Of a stretch of 64,000 nt of DNA, positions 1 to 12,903 are shown one piece after another. Both the position numbers and the translations under genes were made by a program. The first letter of the stretch is position 1, and each line of letters starts with the position of its first letter. The notes under the pieces are model-generated. The model searched no databases and had not been told where the DNA came from. It saw only the letters and a list, made by a program, of their open reading frames with translations. This stretch comes from Minutocellus sp. GHC0000111 (lineage: Eukaryota): NCBI GenBank assembly GCA_977018835.1, contig OZ361259.1, positions 2,294,001 through 2,358,000 on the forward strand, written 5' to 3'.

Positions 1-1873
1 CATGATCTCCCCGGCGCAGGCGGTTCCCACATACAGCAGTCCGAGGAAGTAAATCTTCTTCATGTTAGTCAGATTGTCTCGAATGACACCCCACCCTAGA
101 GCTACCATGATGATCAGCGTTCGAGATATGGCGCGATTAACTACGCCCAATACGACGCCTGCGGATCGGAATTTGAGGAAAGGAAATTTAGGAAGAAGAA
201 TGCTCGACTTACTTGACACATCAGTACAATCGCATGCAATATGCAACGTATAAAAGTAACAGAATGAGGTACTTACCAACATACATCGCGTACCACACTC
301 GGGTACCATCCTCATTCCATACAAAATAGTCGCCCGTCTTGAAGAACGTTTCAAGGAGGCCAAGGCCAATCGATAGAATGATCCATTTCTGAACTTCAAT
401 ACGCGATTCGCTATAGCACTGAATGCTGCAACCGTACCACAGGAAGAGAACAAAATAGATCACTGTAATGGCCGCGAAAAAGTACATTTCGCCAAAAAGT
501 TCTCCGGGGAGATAACCGTGCTTGGAAACGAATTCATATGAGCCCGTAACCTGCAAATCACGACCATAATCATTGCAGTTGGATATGATCATCACATATC
601 GACCCTCCTCGGTGGCAAAGTCCATCCGCCCATCGGTGATCCGTCGCTCCACATGACCCGACGCTGGGATGGCCAATACACGGTGGTCACCCTGGAACTT
701 TTCCTGGTTAATGATGAGCCGACCGTACTGCCTATCGGCCTGGCAAAAGCCCAAGGCAACGGCGTCGTCCGAACAACACCAGCGGAGGTTGCCATCCGCG
801 TCAGAGGCGCCGACTCCCAGCTCGGTCCAATCGCATCCCTCCCTCGACCGGGCGCATTCATCCGGAACATGAAAGACGACGATATCCACAGTTGATCCAC
901 CACCCAAGCCTTGGTCAAGACGTCGGTCTCTACCGCCTCCCTCCTCAGTGGCAGGTTCAGGAACTTCCGCTGGTTCAGTTGGTGCCGGTTCAGGGGCAGG
1001 GACCGGCGCAGGCTCAGTTGGTGCCGGCACCGGCTCAGTTGGTACTGGTTCAGGCTCCGTTGGCGCCGGTTCAGGGGCAGGCACCGGCGCAGGCTCAGTA
1101 GGAGCTGGCATAGGCTCAGTTGGTGCCGGCACTGGCTCCGTTGGCGCCGGTTCAGGGGCAGGCACCGGCGCAGGCTCAGTAGGAGCTGGCATAGGCTCAG
1201 TTGGTGCCGGCACTGGCTCTGTAGGAGCTGGGATTGGCTCAGGAGCAGGCTCAGGCTCAGCGGGAACTGGTGCAGGCTCAGGTACGGGATCGGCCGGCAA
1301 CTCCGCTTCTCCCGACGTATCCGCCGCCGGCTCTTCTGCCTTGGGCGCCGTCGGTGCTGCAGTGATCGGAGCGGCGGTCTGAGGTGCCGGGGTCTGTACT
1401 GCTGGCTCTTCCGCCTTGGGCGCCGTCGGAGCGGCGGTCTGAGGTGCCGGAGTAATTGGAGCCTGAGTCGGTGCCGCACTGATCGGTGCTGCACTGACAG
1501 GGGCCGCAGTAATTGGCGCCTGAGTTGGAGCCGGCGATACTGGCGCAGGGGTCTCAACCGGCGGCGGAGGAGGGTTGATATCCTCATCCCTTCCACCGTC
1601 GTCGTCGTTGGCCACAAGATCATCGTCATCCCGGCCATAAGCCTCACCTCCGCCCCCGTACGAGTCATCCGCCACAAAGGTAAGACCAGATACATCGACG
1701 TATCCAGGCGTTACCAAGTAACCCTCGGAATAGTGAATCTCATACGAAGCTGCTCGGACGGCGCCACCCTTGTAGGGTCGAATCTCGGCCCGAACGGCCG
1801 AGGGGACGAGGCAGGCAACGATGGCCAATGCGAGGAGGAACATTGTCGAGTTGTTATTGTGCTGGTTTCTCAT
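1..1873 (-). CDS. GOST/lung seven-transmembrane receptor family protein (TMEM87/GPR107-like) with a Pro/Thr/Glu-rich luminal insert; 3' end runs off the window
   Basis: Signal peptide MFLLALAIVACL; 'SNCN...SKHGYLPGELFG' followed by TM helices. GT-AG intron 276..159 restores the frame into 'GVVLGVVNRAISRTLIIMVALGWGVIRD'. Start at 1873 or 1843. Confidence 0.8.
970..1220 (-). repeat. Coding tandem repeat, 81-bp period (27 aa, PEPAPTEPVPAPTEPMPAPTEPAPVPA), about 3 copies
   Basis: The motif tgg(c/t)gccggttcaggggcagg recurs at 980, 1061 and 1142. Confidence 0.9.
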
Positions 1874-2237
1874 TTTTCTTCTTGGTGCCCTTCGCGCACA
1901 ACGCACCACCACCGCCACAAAACACGGCTAATAGCTAGCTACGTAGCTAGAGCAGTAACCGATTGGTAGGGAATTCTGTTGTGGCTATGTGGCAGCGATA
2001 CCGTGGAAGATACGCCTGTCGATGCCTGCTTTGCTGCTTTTGCATGGCGTTTGGAAGTTGTTTGGGCTGGAAGCTGACATTTATGCCCTTTCTCACTCAA
2101 TCCCGTTTGGAGGAAACGGGACCGGCCGACGAAAACATCTATTGGCTTGCCCCCAGATCCAACGCATCCATCTCTGCATAAAATGGCCAAAAGCAAAAGC
2201 AGCGATACGAACCAACAAGTAACCGCAACCAATTAAT

Positions 2238-4301
2238 ATGAAAGTGAAGTTGTCCCTGTCCGCTCGCCGGCTGCCGAACGTGGCTGGTCTCGGCAAGGGA
2301 ACGTGAGTAGAGAGTTTTTTTCGTGCATTTCCTACTCTTGTTGATATGTATGTACGATTCCGATGATGAGCAAGGATGAGAAAGAAGGCTCGAACGTTTG
2401 CGTTTGGAGCTCTGCTCCAGGGTTGCATGTTCTGCGGCAGTTCTAGTTTTAAAATAAGGAGAAGAATGCACGATTCATGCCGACGGTTCTCACCTGCAAC
2501 TCACCATCCACATCCATTCGCTCGTCCTTTCTCAATTCACAGCTCCGATCCCTTTTGCGTAGTCACCAAACTCGCCGAAGGTGCCAGCCAGCCGGTAGTC
2601 TTGGGCAAGACGGAGGTCATCAAAAACTCTCTTTCTCCGGATTGGACCAAAGTATTTGTGTTTGACCACGAGCTCGGCCATCCCGTACACATTGCGATCA
2701 GCGTATACGATGAAGTCCGCAAGGGCACCAACAAGGCCATGGGATCGGCCAAGTTCGAACTCGGCGGCATCCTGGGCGCCAATGGCAACGTCAAGGCTAA
2801 GAAAATGAAGGGCGGTGGGACCATCTTTGCGCACGTCGAAAAGTACAGCGGCAGTGGTACCCTCCGATTGGCATTGCAGGGCATCAAGCTCAAGAATACC
2901 GAGGGAATGTTTGGCAAGTCGGATCCCTTCTACGAGGTGAAGCGCAAGGTCACTGGTCCAAGTGGTGACGTGTGGGATGTGATATACAGATCGCAGCACA
3001 TTTCCAATGATCTCAATCCTCAGTGGGCAGATTCGACCATTGATCTTGCAGCTCTTTGTGGAGGAAATTTGGATCAGCACATTCAGATATCGGTGTACGA
3101 TCACGAGAAGAGCGGCAAGCACGTGTTGATGGGAGAGATTGAAACCTCGGTGCGTGCATTGGTAGCGGCCAAGGATAGCGGGCCATTAACTCTCCGACGA
3201 AAGGGGAAGGATAAGGGCAAGCTGGCTATAAATCGCGCCGATTTGATTGGCATGGAAGATTTGAGCACTCAGGTGGCAGGGATGTCACTTACGGGGGGTG
3301 CCTCGGCACCGCCGCTTCCAATGCCAGTGCCAGTCCCGGTGCCAGCTCCGGCTTCTTCTACGGGGGCGTATGTTCCTGGATCTGCGCCTGCCTATGTCCC
3401 TGGAGCTCCTGCTAGTGCCCCTCCTGCTGCTTCGGGCAGCCCCACGTTCGTTGACTACATTTCTGGTGGGTGTCAGTTGAATCTTTGTGTAGCAGTCGAC
3501 TTTACCGGAAGCAATGGTGACCCTCGCAAGCCTGGTACTCTCCACTACATTCACCCCGATGGGTCCCTGAATGACTATGAGAAGGCTATTCAGGCGATCG
3601 GCCGCATCTTGGCAAAATATGATTACGACCAAAAAGTTCCTGTGCTTGGGTTTGGGGCCAAGTACGGTGGAATCGTTCGTCATTGTTTCCAAGCCGGTGC
3701 AACTGCAGAAGTGGATGGGGTGGATGGTATTATTCAGGCTTATCGTAGCGTCTTTCGGACCGGTTTAATCATGTCTGGCCCCACACTTTTCACCGAGGTT
3801 ATGCAGACAGCTGCAGCTCACGCTGTAAGCTCACAAGAGGAAGCCAAGAGGAATGGGAAGCAAGCATACACGGTGCTTCTGATCCTTACAGATGGCGCAG
3901 TCTCGGACTTTCACGCCACGGCAGAATGCTTGAAACAGATTAGCGATTCACCGATGAGCGTTGTGATTGTTGGAGTCGGTGCAGCAGACTTTTCGGCAAT
4001 GCAATTCTTAGACGACTGTGCCTCTCACGGGACGCCGGACATTGCTCAGTTTGTCGAATTCAATCGTCACAGGCATGATCGTCTTGCTTTGACGGCAGCT
4101 ACGCTGGATGAGATTCCAGATCAGCTCGTGGGATACTTTACGCGCAAAGGCATAAATCCAGCCAGAGCCGTGCATCTCGACGAAGAGGAGGTGGTTGTTG
4201 AACCCGAGGAAGAGGAGATCGATTTGTCATTGGCATTCGGCAATGATGGAGAGATCAATGTTGCTTCTAGCGGTCACTACAATTCCAGTATGAACTTTTA
4301 G
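2238..4301 (+). CDS. Copine (two C2 domains plus vWA/copine domain)
   Basis: Exon 1 2238..2302 (MKVKLSLSARRLPNVAGLGKGT), intron 2303..2542, then SDPF. Motifs KSDPFY, VAVDFTGSNGDP, LLILTDG and IVGVG are present. Confidence 0.93.
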
Positions 4302-4373
4302 AATTTAGCTCTGTAGATGTAGATAAAATCAAAAGAACGCCGACCGATAAAGTGAACATAACTTGCTAGTCTA

Positions 4374-4450
4374 GTATGATATGATCGAATACTAGCGAGT
4401 TAGTTGAGAGTATGAATGTATGATATGATCGAATAATAGCGAGATAGTTG
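4374..4450. repeat. Intergenic direct repeat, 33 bp x2, period 44, 2 mismatches
   Basis: gtatgatatgatcgaata(c/a)tagcgag(t/a)tagttg at 4374 and 4418. Confidence 0.85.
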
Positions 4451-4463
4451 TGTGGTTAATAGT

Positions 4464-5703
4464 TCAATAATGTGCCATAAGCTTTCTTCGTTCAGTCATA
4501 AGCCTCTCAAGGTCAGGATCATGCATGCCATCGAAAGCCAATAGTTCCCTAACAACCTCGTCCAAGACATCGCCTTGAGTCTGCATATTTGCTGTTGTAT
4601 TTGACTTGTCAGAATCTTTCGCATTTTGAGCGACAATATTGTTTGTTGCTCGCTCTGCTTTTTCAGCGGAATCATTATCGACGAATATCTTCACTTGAGT
4701 GCTGCTATGAGCCCGGTTCTTTCGCTTCGCCAGGAGTTTGTCCCTTTTCATCAATTCCCTGGTAGTGTTTTTCCTTTCTGTGGTTCTTTCACCATCGGCG
4801 TGGTCGACAACACCTCGCGAATCAATACGAGCTTTGCCGTTTCCCATCTGCTGCTTCCGCTGCAGCTTGGCTCGACGCTTATCCTCTCGCATCATCTTGC
4901 GTGTGTCTCTTTGATGTGATTTCTTCGCTGTTGCGTCCGATGCCAATGACTTGCAAGCCAAAGGTCTTTTCACATTATTGTTAGTATTGCCTGCATTGAC
5001 TTCTTGGAGAGGCATCACCTTGACAGGACTATCTTTGATAGCCATGTCAGAGATGCCCCATGCTAATGGGATGTTCTTTTTGATACCCCAAGAGGCGGGA
5101 GGCTGGCAGCATTGGCATTCCATAATGTGTTTGTCACTGTGCAGGCATCGGTTGAAGGCCGTCGGAGCTGCAGATGTATCCATCTCAGCGGCAAGTCGTT
5201 CCTTTTCCAATGTCTCCTGGGTACGGCGATGCGACGCGGCCTCCTCCCTGGCACGACGTGCGGCCTCCTTTCGAACCTGGACCCTTCTCTGATTCTGCTC
5301 GTCACGGATGCCCCGAGCACTCGACTTGTATTGCTCCTTGGCCTTTTCGGTGGCCATCTCGCCTCGTACCTTAGCAAGCCGCTGGTGCTCCTCTGCGGCA
5401 ATCTCCATGAATTCCTTGGCCTGAATCGCAAAAAGCCTCCTCCCGTTCCAGATTCCTTTGGGCTGCCTCAGCGAATTGGTCGGATATCACCTTCTTGATG
5501 CGTTCTCTCTCTTCACTTGCCTTCTCCAGCTCCTCCTGCTTGCGTCGTGCTCTTTCTCTTGCAGCCTCCTCCATCTTGGCACATCGTGCCTCGTACTGTA
5601 GGCGCCGTTCGTCGTTGAGGATCCTCTCCCTCTCCCGAGCTTCCAGGAGCCGTTCGACGCGGCATCGTTGCAGCTTTTCCCTCTCGAGCTTTTCTTCAAG
5701 CAT
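4464..5703 (-). CDS. Uncharacterised coiled-coil protein, frameshifted at about 5430-5434
   Basis: ORFs 5371..5703 and 4464..5408 join into continuous E/R/K-rich helix (EEAFAIQAKEFMEIAAEE) if one T is removed from a T5 run. Confidence 0.65.
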
Positions 5704-5946
5704 CGTTGCTAGAGGCTTACTTGCAAGCTAAGCCACAGCATTATGAATCGAATCGCAACATACGATTTTGCTGTAGCGATGCGGCGATGTCAATCGCCTG
5801 CCTTGCACCTCATCATCTCGTTTCTTTTGGTCATTTTTTATGGCGCGGTTTGCGCCACGAGCACCTGGTCCCGATTTGCAACCAGAACCACTCACTCGCT
5901 TCCTTTACCGCCTCATTATTGCCATACCAACTCGCCGCCAATCACA

Positions 5947-8166
5947 ATGGCTGGCCCATTGGATGCAGTGCGGCAGCTTGCATCGCGGGTGCTGCTTAAT
6001 CGCGACTTTAGCAACAGCCCAGCAAATCATGCCGATGTGGCCGACGCCATGCCAAGCGCCTCATTACCAGTTTGCTCCTCCTCCATTGGCGCCATGTGGG
6101 CCCTCGTTGGGCTTCTCATTGGCATGGGACTTGTCGTGCTGAGTCTATGGCAAAGGCATCGCAGAGCTCGCCGGCTACTCGAAGGAGGTCAGTGCAACCT
6201 GCCCACAGTGCTCTGGCGACCACGTTTCGTCAATTATGCACCAGACCACGACGACAACGATGTCGACGACGAACACGAAAGCGACGACGCCATAATGAAA
6301 GTTATACAGCATTCCAACCAAGGAAAGTCACAGCAAAAGATGGCCTCGTCCTCCATTACCAACATGCTACCAAGAATGGAACGTTTGGGTGGGCCTCATG
6401 GAATGTATGGGGCAATATACGGCCTTTCGACGCGTGTGGTGCATGTTGGTCATCCGCTGCCAGCCAAGACCATCTTGTCTGGCCTTGGTGGTACCGGGGG
6501 CGGTGCCATTGGCGGTAGCATCAGACAAACAACGTCGGCCAGAGCTAATCAAAAGCGAAGGTCTACCTTTATCTCATCATCAGGGGCCACAAAGGCTCCG
6601 GCATACGATCATTTCAAGAACTTCTGAGGAGATGGTGTCTTCACGGCCGATGGCGATGATTGGAAGGCAAAGCGTGCGTCGGTCATACATTGTCTATTGC
6701 GCGGGTGTACTGGTGACAAGAGCGACGGCATGCGCCGATTAGAACGCGAAGCCAATCTTGCTGTCGATGGATTTATCGGGAATATCGAGCGAGAACGAAA
6801 TTTGCGTGGAGGAGCGGGGCAATATAATTACTCGGAGGTCGAAGAAGCTGATCTTTGTCTCAATGTTGTCCCAATCCTGCAGAAATCCACCATTGGCCTA
6901 ATTTATCGGTTCATTACGCACCATGGCATTAACCTATGCCGTGCGGGAATCGAGGAGGATGGAATTGTACATGATGAGGCATCTGAATCAAACTCTCTCG
7001 CGACAACGACACCCAAAAGCTCGTCGACTTCGCTATGTTCGCTGTCAGAGGAGGAATCGCCAAGACCACTTGGAAACGAGAATGGTGGTAATGAATTTTA
7101 TGCAAAAACACCAAACAAAGCGACAGAGGATCATACAAATACATCAGCTGTCCCAATGAGACTTTTGGGATCGTATCTCAAGTCTGTGACGCACATTCGA
7201 ATGATAATCTTGGCGCAATCTCGGTCTTTTTGGTTTCTCGTACCACGATGGATATATCGTGTGTTTTCGCCAATGTACCGAGCAGAGGAGAAGACTATGG
7301 GGCCGATACGTGAATTTGCACGGGCGGCGTGCCTAAATGCTCAGCCTGGAAGTCCTTTGGCTTTGCTTCAGAGTCGACCAAGCCATGGGTCAGGGAACAA
7401 TGCTCGTGAGAGTAGTCGAAACTCCACTGATGTATCCAAAGCCATGTTGGACGAGGCAATGACCCTCCTTTTCGCTGGGCAGGATACCAGTGCTGCCACT
7501 CTTTCTTGGACGTTGCATCTGTTGTCACTTTATCCCGAGGTACAGGAGAAGCTGGCAAAAGAGGTTGCCACCTCTTTGAAAGAGCATCAAAACTCCAATG
7601 ATGATCGCGGTGATGCTCAATTTTTCACCAAACAATTCATTTCCAATATGCCGTATCTGGATGCGGTCATCAAGGAATCGATGCGTTTGTACCCCGTGGC
7701 ACCATTTGTCGTGCGGAAGCTCCCCCAGGACGTAGCAATACCAGCCGAAAATAAATCGGCTGCACCTACCATCTTACCGGAAGGTTCGCTGGCCTGTGTG
7801 TGGATATATGCACTGCATAGGAATCCGCGTTTATGGCATCGACCGGATGATTTTGTGCTTGAACGTTGGATGGATCTAAATCTCAAAGATCTTGACGAAG
7901 GTCAGCGCTCAGGAGCCTTTATGCCCTTTGCCAATGGTCCAAGGAATTGCGTCGGTCAACCCTTGGCTCACGTAATTTTGAGGATAATGCTCGCAAGGAT
8001 TGTAGATCGATATAAAGTCATCGACAAGAGACTACGAAACGCTGGCGGTTCAACCGCAGTGTCAGCAATGGACCTACGCAAAGATATGCAAGCGGGATTT
8101 ACTGTTTTGCCTTCGGGAGGAGTGCGATTGTCACTTGAAAGAAGACGGACAACCAAAGAGGATTGA
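5947..8166 (+). CDS. Cytochrome P450 interrupted by one in-frame TGA at 6625-6627
   Basis: N-terminal TM anchor; 'KNF*GDGVFTADGDDWKAKR' (WxxxR); I-helix AGQDTS; ExxR (ESMR); heme motif FANGPRNCVG. Both ORF halves are in the same frame. Confidence 0.88.
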
Positions 8167-8482
8167 AATGACTACCGGTAGAGATCTAGGAATGAATCAT
8201 CCTAAATCAGATTTTAGATAGATAGGTATTTCTAGAGTCAAATGCTTTTGAATCCACCTTGTTTAGATGGAGACTTGCCAAACAGAGGTGCTTCCTTCTG
8301 ACTTTTTTCTTTCTTTCTCCTTGAACAGGTTATGAGCTACATTTTGTTTCCACGCGTCAGATTCCAGAGACCCGGAAGTAGCAGTTGATGAGCGGCAGCG
8401 GCTGACGCGTGCGCACGAGAGCTTCAATCGCCCAAAATTCACATTCCGTTGTATTGACCGGATCCACACATCGTTTGCAACC

Positions 8483-10148
8483 ATGGGAAAGAAAGCCAAG
8501 TCCACCGCCAAGATCCAGAAGGCCGCGGATCGCAAGATCGACAAGTCGACCCTCCCACCTCCTCCGCCGCCGCCGGAAGAAGAGGTGAGGATCTTTTATG
8601 TTTCGATGGACCGTTGACGTCCTGTGATGGTTGAACTTTTGGCACATAATGGAAATTTGTGACAGTGATGAAAAGAGATTGGTTGGATGTCCTTTGCCAA
8701 TGGTATTCAAATGATGAATACCACGTATATCTTTTGCATGTTAGAATATGAGTTTCCAGTTAACTCGGTTGGTCGTCATTGGTCTATTTTTCTCGTCATA
8801 CGGTCGTAAATTCTGACATGACTTTTCTTCTGTGACCAAACCGCATAATTGTTCCCGTCCAATACCATCTATACCTGCCTCATACAGTTCGGCTCGGCCA
8901 AGCCTCTTGATAAGCCCGCTCTTCCTGGAACTGGATTCAAGGTCCTCGGTGGTGAAGGATACGATGATGGCGGAGTTGCCGACCTTTCCCTCCTGATCGA
9001 TCTTGAGGACAGTGTGCAGAGACGCCGTCGTGGAGAGAATGAGTACTTCCAGGCCCTCAAGGCCGATCTGCTCCCCCGCGCTACCAAGGGACCCATGGCC
9101 AAGATGAGCCGACGCGAGCAGAAGGTTAGCCTTGCTCAGCTCCTCTTCTCCGAGGACGATGACTGCGAGGACAAGGGACCCTCTGAGGTTTATGTCGATC
9201 AGGTTGACGGAGAGGAGGATGCCGCCACTCTTAAGCACCGTGCCGACCGCCTTGCCCAGGCCCGTGCCGCCCTTCGGTTGAGCCTTCTCCTTCGGGAACC
9301 CGCTTGCACAAGTCTGGGTCTTTCGGAGCTTTGCAAGAGGAAGCTCACTCATTCCGGAAAGGAGGGAGCCGAGGAGGCTCTTCGCTGCTCCGAGAAGGCG
9401 CTCCAGATCGCCGGTGAGGGCTTCTGGGACGGAGACGAGATTGCCATTGAGGTATGTGATGTCACACTATGTCTGAATATATCTGTATCTTGTGAATTTG
9501 GATTGTATATATCTACTCATCATGAAGAAATCGGCACACCTATCTTCAAATCTAACCCACATTATCCATTCTCCCAATCATTGCTTTGACTGGTAGGCCG
9601 AGGATATCCCGGTGATTGATCCCAACTACGAGACGAATGCCACCACTCCCGGACTTGCCAACCCCGCCGTCCTCAAGCTCCTCCCCATCCGTGTATCGCA
9701 CCTTTGCCTCCGATCCGCCTACCTTCAGCGCGGTAACGCTCTTGCCGCCATGGGCAAGGAGGCCGAGGCGAGGGAATCCTACGAGAAGGTCTTCCCTCTT
9801 CTCAAGGACGAGCCCCGATGCGCCCGTGTGGACTGGGAGCGACACTCCCTCTACGTCAACATCGGCAACACCTACAGCCGATCGGGCGACCTTGACGCCG
9901 CAATGGCCGAGTATGAGAAGGCTGAAAAGCTTGGAAGCGACCACCTCAACGAGGAGGGTGGCAGCGAGAAGGACGGCAAGGGCATGGTTGCCTGCTGCAA
10001 GAGGGCTCGCGCCTTTGCTCTTAAGAGGGCCGGAAAGGAGGACGAGGCCAAGAAGATTCTCAAGGAGGTCGTGGAGCAACAAATTAAGGACAACCTTGAG
10101 GCCGCCGAAGCTGCCAAGAAGGCCAAGGAGGCTGCTGAGTCAAAATAA
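8483..10148 (+). CDS. TPR-repeat-containing protein, 3 exons
   Basis: Exons 8483..8584, 8888..9451 and 9597..10148 are joined by phase-0 GT-AG introns. TPR-like helices [24 protein letters not shown] and [25 protein letters not shown]. Confidence 0.78.
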
Positions 10149-10699
10149 TTGACAGATCAGAAAAGAGAACCGAGCTGGTTGGACACAGTTTTATCTTGAG
10201 CAGGGAAAAAATGTGGAAGAAGGAATCATCCCAGGAGTCGAACTGTACCTTAATCATGACTCCGTCAGTCCCCTTGAGCAGCAAATAATGCTGCACCATC
10301 TCTTCTTCTACCCCCCCTTTGCTTGATCAATCTCTGTGGTCAAGACAACCGCCAACAATGAAAAATAATAAATATTGTAATGAACATCGCATTGATACAT
10401 TACCGAAGATTATATGTAGCTCTAGTAGCTTGTAGATCTAGGTGATGCATTGCAATAACAGTGTGAGATTCATGTTCTAACCCGCAAGATCTGCGCCACC
10501 TTTGGGAGAAAGACCTTTACCGGCACCGACTCGTCCAAATTCGGGAAACACCTGAATCCGTTATGCACTTCTGCAACCCGTGCAGCCAGTGCAGCCGCCG
10601 CTGCCGTCGCTGGCATATCGCGAGTGATGCAGAGCAGCGCAGAGCGTTGTTGCACTTCTGCCCTCTTGCTCCACCGAAAGAATAGTCGCAGATATAAGC

Positions 10700-11062
10700 A
10701 TGTCGAAGCCAGTTGACGGCCGAGCTGCCATTGATATGGTGCTATCTAGGGACAATAGCGACGGTGGTGGAGCCCTCTGCAACGATCCGGCCGGTCTCAA
10801 TCTGCATTCGCGGGGGAACATCGATGCGTCCAAGGCAGGATCGTACTCGTCGCTTGCACGGTTGGCAACTCAGCTGGACGGTGGCGGTGGTGTGGAAGCA
10901 CCTGTTATATCGATCGAAACTGATAAGGCCGCCACAATTGTCAAGGAGTACGCCGGCCACTGCGTCGTGCTGCGTGTGCCGACAGCAAAGGTTGAGGAGG
11001 GGGAAGCTGCTGACGCCGAAGCCGCAGATGCTGCACAACAGCCACAAGAAGGCGGCCAATAA
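10700..11062 (+). CDS. LAMTOR5: Ragulator subunit LAMTOR5 (HBXIP)-like roadblock protein
   Basis: 'GALCNDPAGLNLHSRG...AG...SLARLATQL...PVISIETD' matches the LAMTOR5 pattern GVLCTDSQGLNLGCRG...PVVCLESD. Confidence 0.78.
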   Translation: MSKPVDGRAAIDMVLSRDNSDGGGALCNDPAGLNLHSRGNIDASKAGSYSSLARLATQLDGGGGVEAPVISIETDKAATIVKEYAGHCVVLRVPTAKVEEGEAADAEAADAAQQPQEGGQ

Positions 11063-11226
11063 TCAGCCAGATACTCACGTATGTACATATTATTTAGTAT
11101 TCTGAATCATTAAGAGTTATATGCATCTTTCATCTACATGAACTTTATTGTATTCGTACGACTCTTCAGCTCTGCAGCTCAGTGCTGGGAAAGTGAAAAA
11201 GTAAAGATCGATCTCTAAAGTATTCT

Positions 11227-12627
11227 TTATTTGTCAAAAGTTAATTTTGCAAATTCATACCGCAATAAGAAGGCAAATCCACATGATAATGCCTGAAATC
11301 CCAACAGGACAATACAGAGTGTCCGTTCGTTCATGGGACCAAAAATTTGGAGGCAGAGGTTTATCACCGTCATGTTCGCCACTTCGGTATCATCTGGCCG
11401 GCGTTTCAACCATCGATACTGTTCCTTCTTACATGGAAAGGTCGATGGTTCCATCAGAGCAGTCTCTGCATTAAATTTTGGAAGTCGGTGTCGCGGACAG
11501 GGGACCAAGCGGAAGAGCTGCGGCGTCGACCAAATGAAATTGATAATCTGGGGTATGAAGAACAAGAGAAGTGTCTTGCTGAAGTGCCCCAATATACCGA
11601 CAACCGCAAAGGTCATGCCAGCAAAATAGCAGAAGGTGTCTCCGACAAATATCGATGCCGGGTACCAGTTGTGCCTCAGCAGTGCCAGCGTTACTGAGAT
11701 GAACGACAGCATGATCATAACAGAGAACAGATGATTCTCGGAAGACGAAGTGCCCAGCCTTATCTCGATTAGGTTGTGAAACAGAACCGCACAGCCCATG
11801 ACATAAGACTGTCCTGCCTCGAGACCATTAATTCCAGCATAAATATTGATGGAATTGGTGCAAAATACAGCCAGCAATCCCATATATACCAGATAAACAA
11901 GGCCAAGATTCACGATGCTGCCGTCGGCATTTTCATCAACGGCCACAAAATGTTGTGCGACCTTTGCCAATGCCGTGAGTTCACCGTCTTTCATTAGCAG
12001 TGGTCGCATCTGAATGGGTACTACAATGCTTGTACTCCCATTATAACAGCACAGAAGAGGCAGCGATGCCACTGATGGGAGGAACAGCTTGTACCGCCAA
12101 GGCCAATCCAAAACATCGTCAGTAAAACCCAAAAACAGCATGAAGCATATGGATAGCAGAGCCGAATTGCAGTCCAACAACTTGGCAGGGTGCGACGTGG
12201 CGTATCCAACCAGGCACAGGATGAGGCATATCAAAAATATGGCCCCCGGAACAATTCCCAGTGCCTCGGGTACATCCTTGTCGGCAATGGAGCTGCCCCT
12301 TTTCCCGATATCCTTGCCGGAGATGCCCTTGCGAAGGGTGTACACTTTGATTTTGGGCACCAAAGAGCTGGTCGCCAAGTAACCCAAAAATGCGACGATT
12401 ACATATGCAAGCAACTGTGAACCCACTGGTGGGGCATCAACCTCCTCTGTTGTCGACCGTTCCAGTGATATTCCAACCCATTCGCCCGAAAGCGCATATG
12501 TGAGCCAATTTTGCACGATGGGTAGAGGGTTGTCCAACAGATCCACGAGAAGAAAGCCGGCAGGGAGAAACGGCAAAATGGACAACACGGCATCCCTCGC
12601 CTTTGTTGACCCAGCCGGTGCCGCCAT
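11227..12627 (-). CDS. DPAGT1: UDP-GlcNAc:dolichyl-phosphate GlcNAc-1-phosphotransferase
   Basis: Motifs [40 protein letters not shown] and PCPRHRLP; multiple TM helices. Confidence 0.96.
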   Translation of the reverse strand: MAAPAGSTKARDAVLSILPFLPAGFLLVDLLDNPLPIVQNWLTYALSGEWVGISLERSTTEEVDAPPVGSQLLAYVIVAFLGYLATSSLVPKIKVYTLRKGISGKDIGKRGSSIADKDVPEALGIVPGAIFLICLILCLVGYATSHPAKLLDCNSALLSICFMLFLGFTDDVLDWPWRYKLFLPSVASLPLLCCYNGSTSIVVPIQMRPLLMKDGELTALAKVAQHFVAVDENADGSIVNLGLVYLVYMGLLAVFCTNSINIYAGINGLEAGQSYVMGCAVLFHNLIEIRLGTSSSENHLFSVMIMLSFISVTLALLRHNWYPASIFVGDTFCYFAGMTFAVVGILGHFSKTLLLFFIPQIINFIWSTPQLFRLVPCPRHRLPKFNAETALMEPSTFPCKKEQYRWLKRRPDDTEVANMTVINLCLQIFGPMNERTLCIVLLGFQALSCGFAFLLRYEFAKLTFDK

Positions 12628-12811
12628 TTTCTCCTCAATCTGTTGCTTTTACGCCACCAATGCAAAGCATGCGGTACGAGTGGCTGTTTTATTTATTTTA
12701 TGCAGGACCTCATGACCTACCGACTATAACTAAGGCCATTCACTTCTGAAACGCGTAATTTAGAAGGTCCACTACTTCTCGAATTTTGCTTTTCTCAACG
12801 TGTCTCTCAAG

Positions 12812-12885
12812 TAGATCTAACGCCTAACGTACCGGTACCGGTAGCTACACTAACTAGCTAGAGAGTCTAGCTACTACGTAGTAGC
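12812..12885. repeat. Intergenic TA-palindrome array
   Basis: TA GATC TA ... TA CCGG TA CCGG TA GC TA ... TA GC TA C TA CG TA G TA. Confidence 0.8.
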
Positions 12886-12903
12886 CAGGGTCTAATGATT
12901 TAG

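Noticed and set aside
592..1969. Long alternative-frame and antisense ORFs (592..1695, 911..1969, 948..1382)
   Set aside because: They are shadows of the GC-rich Pro/Ala repeat in the TMEM87-like gene.
8167..8260. SECIS element for the P450 TGA
   Set aside because: An imperfect hairpin with ATGA exists, but the stem length, apical AA placement and GA quartet do not fit the canonical pattern by eye, so it is not called.
10500..10699. Upstream extension of LAMTOR5 through an in-frame TGA at 10625
   Set aside because: The upstream translation has no recognisable similarity, and the 120-aa ORF is already full length for the family.
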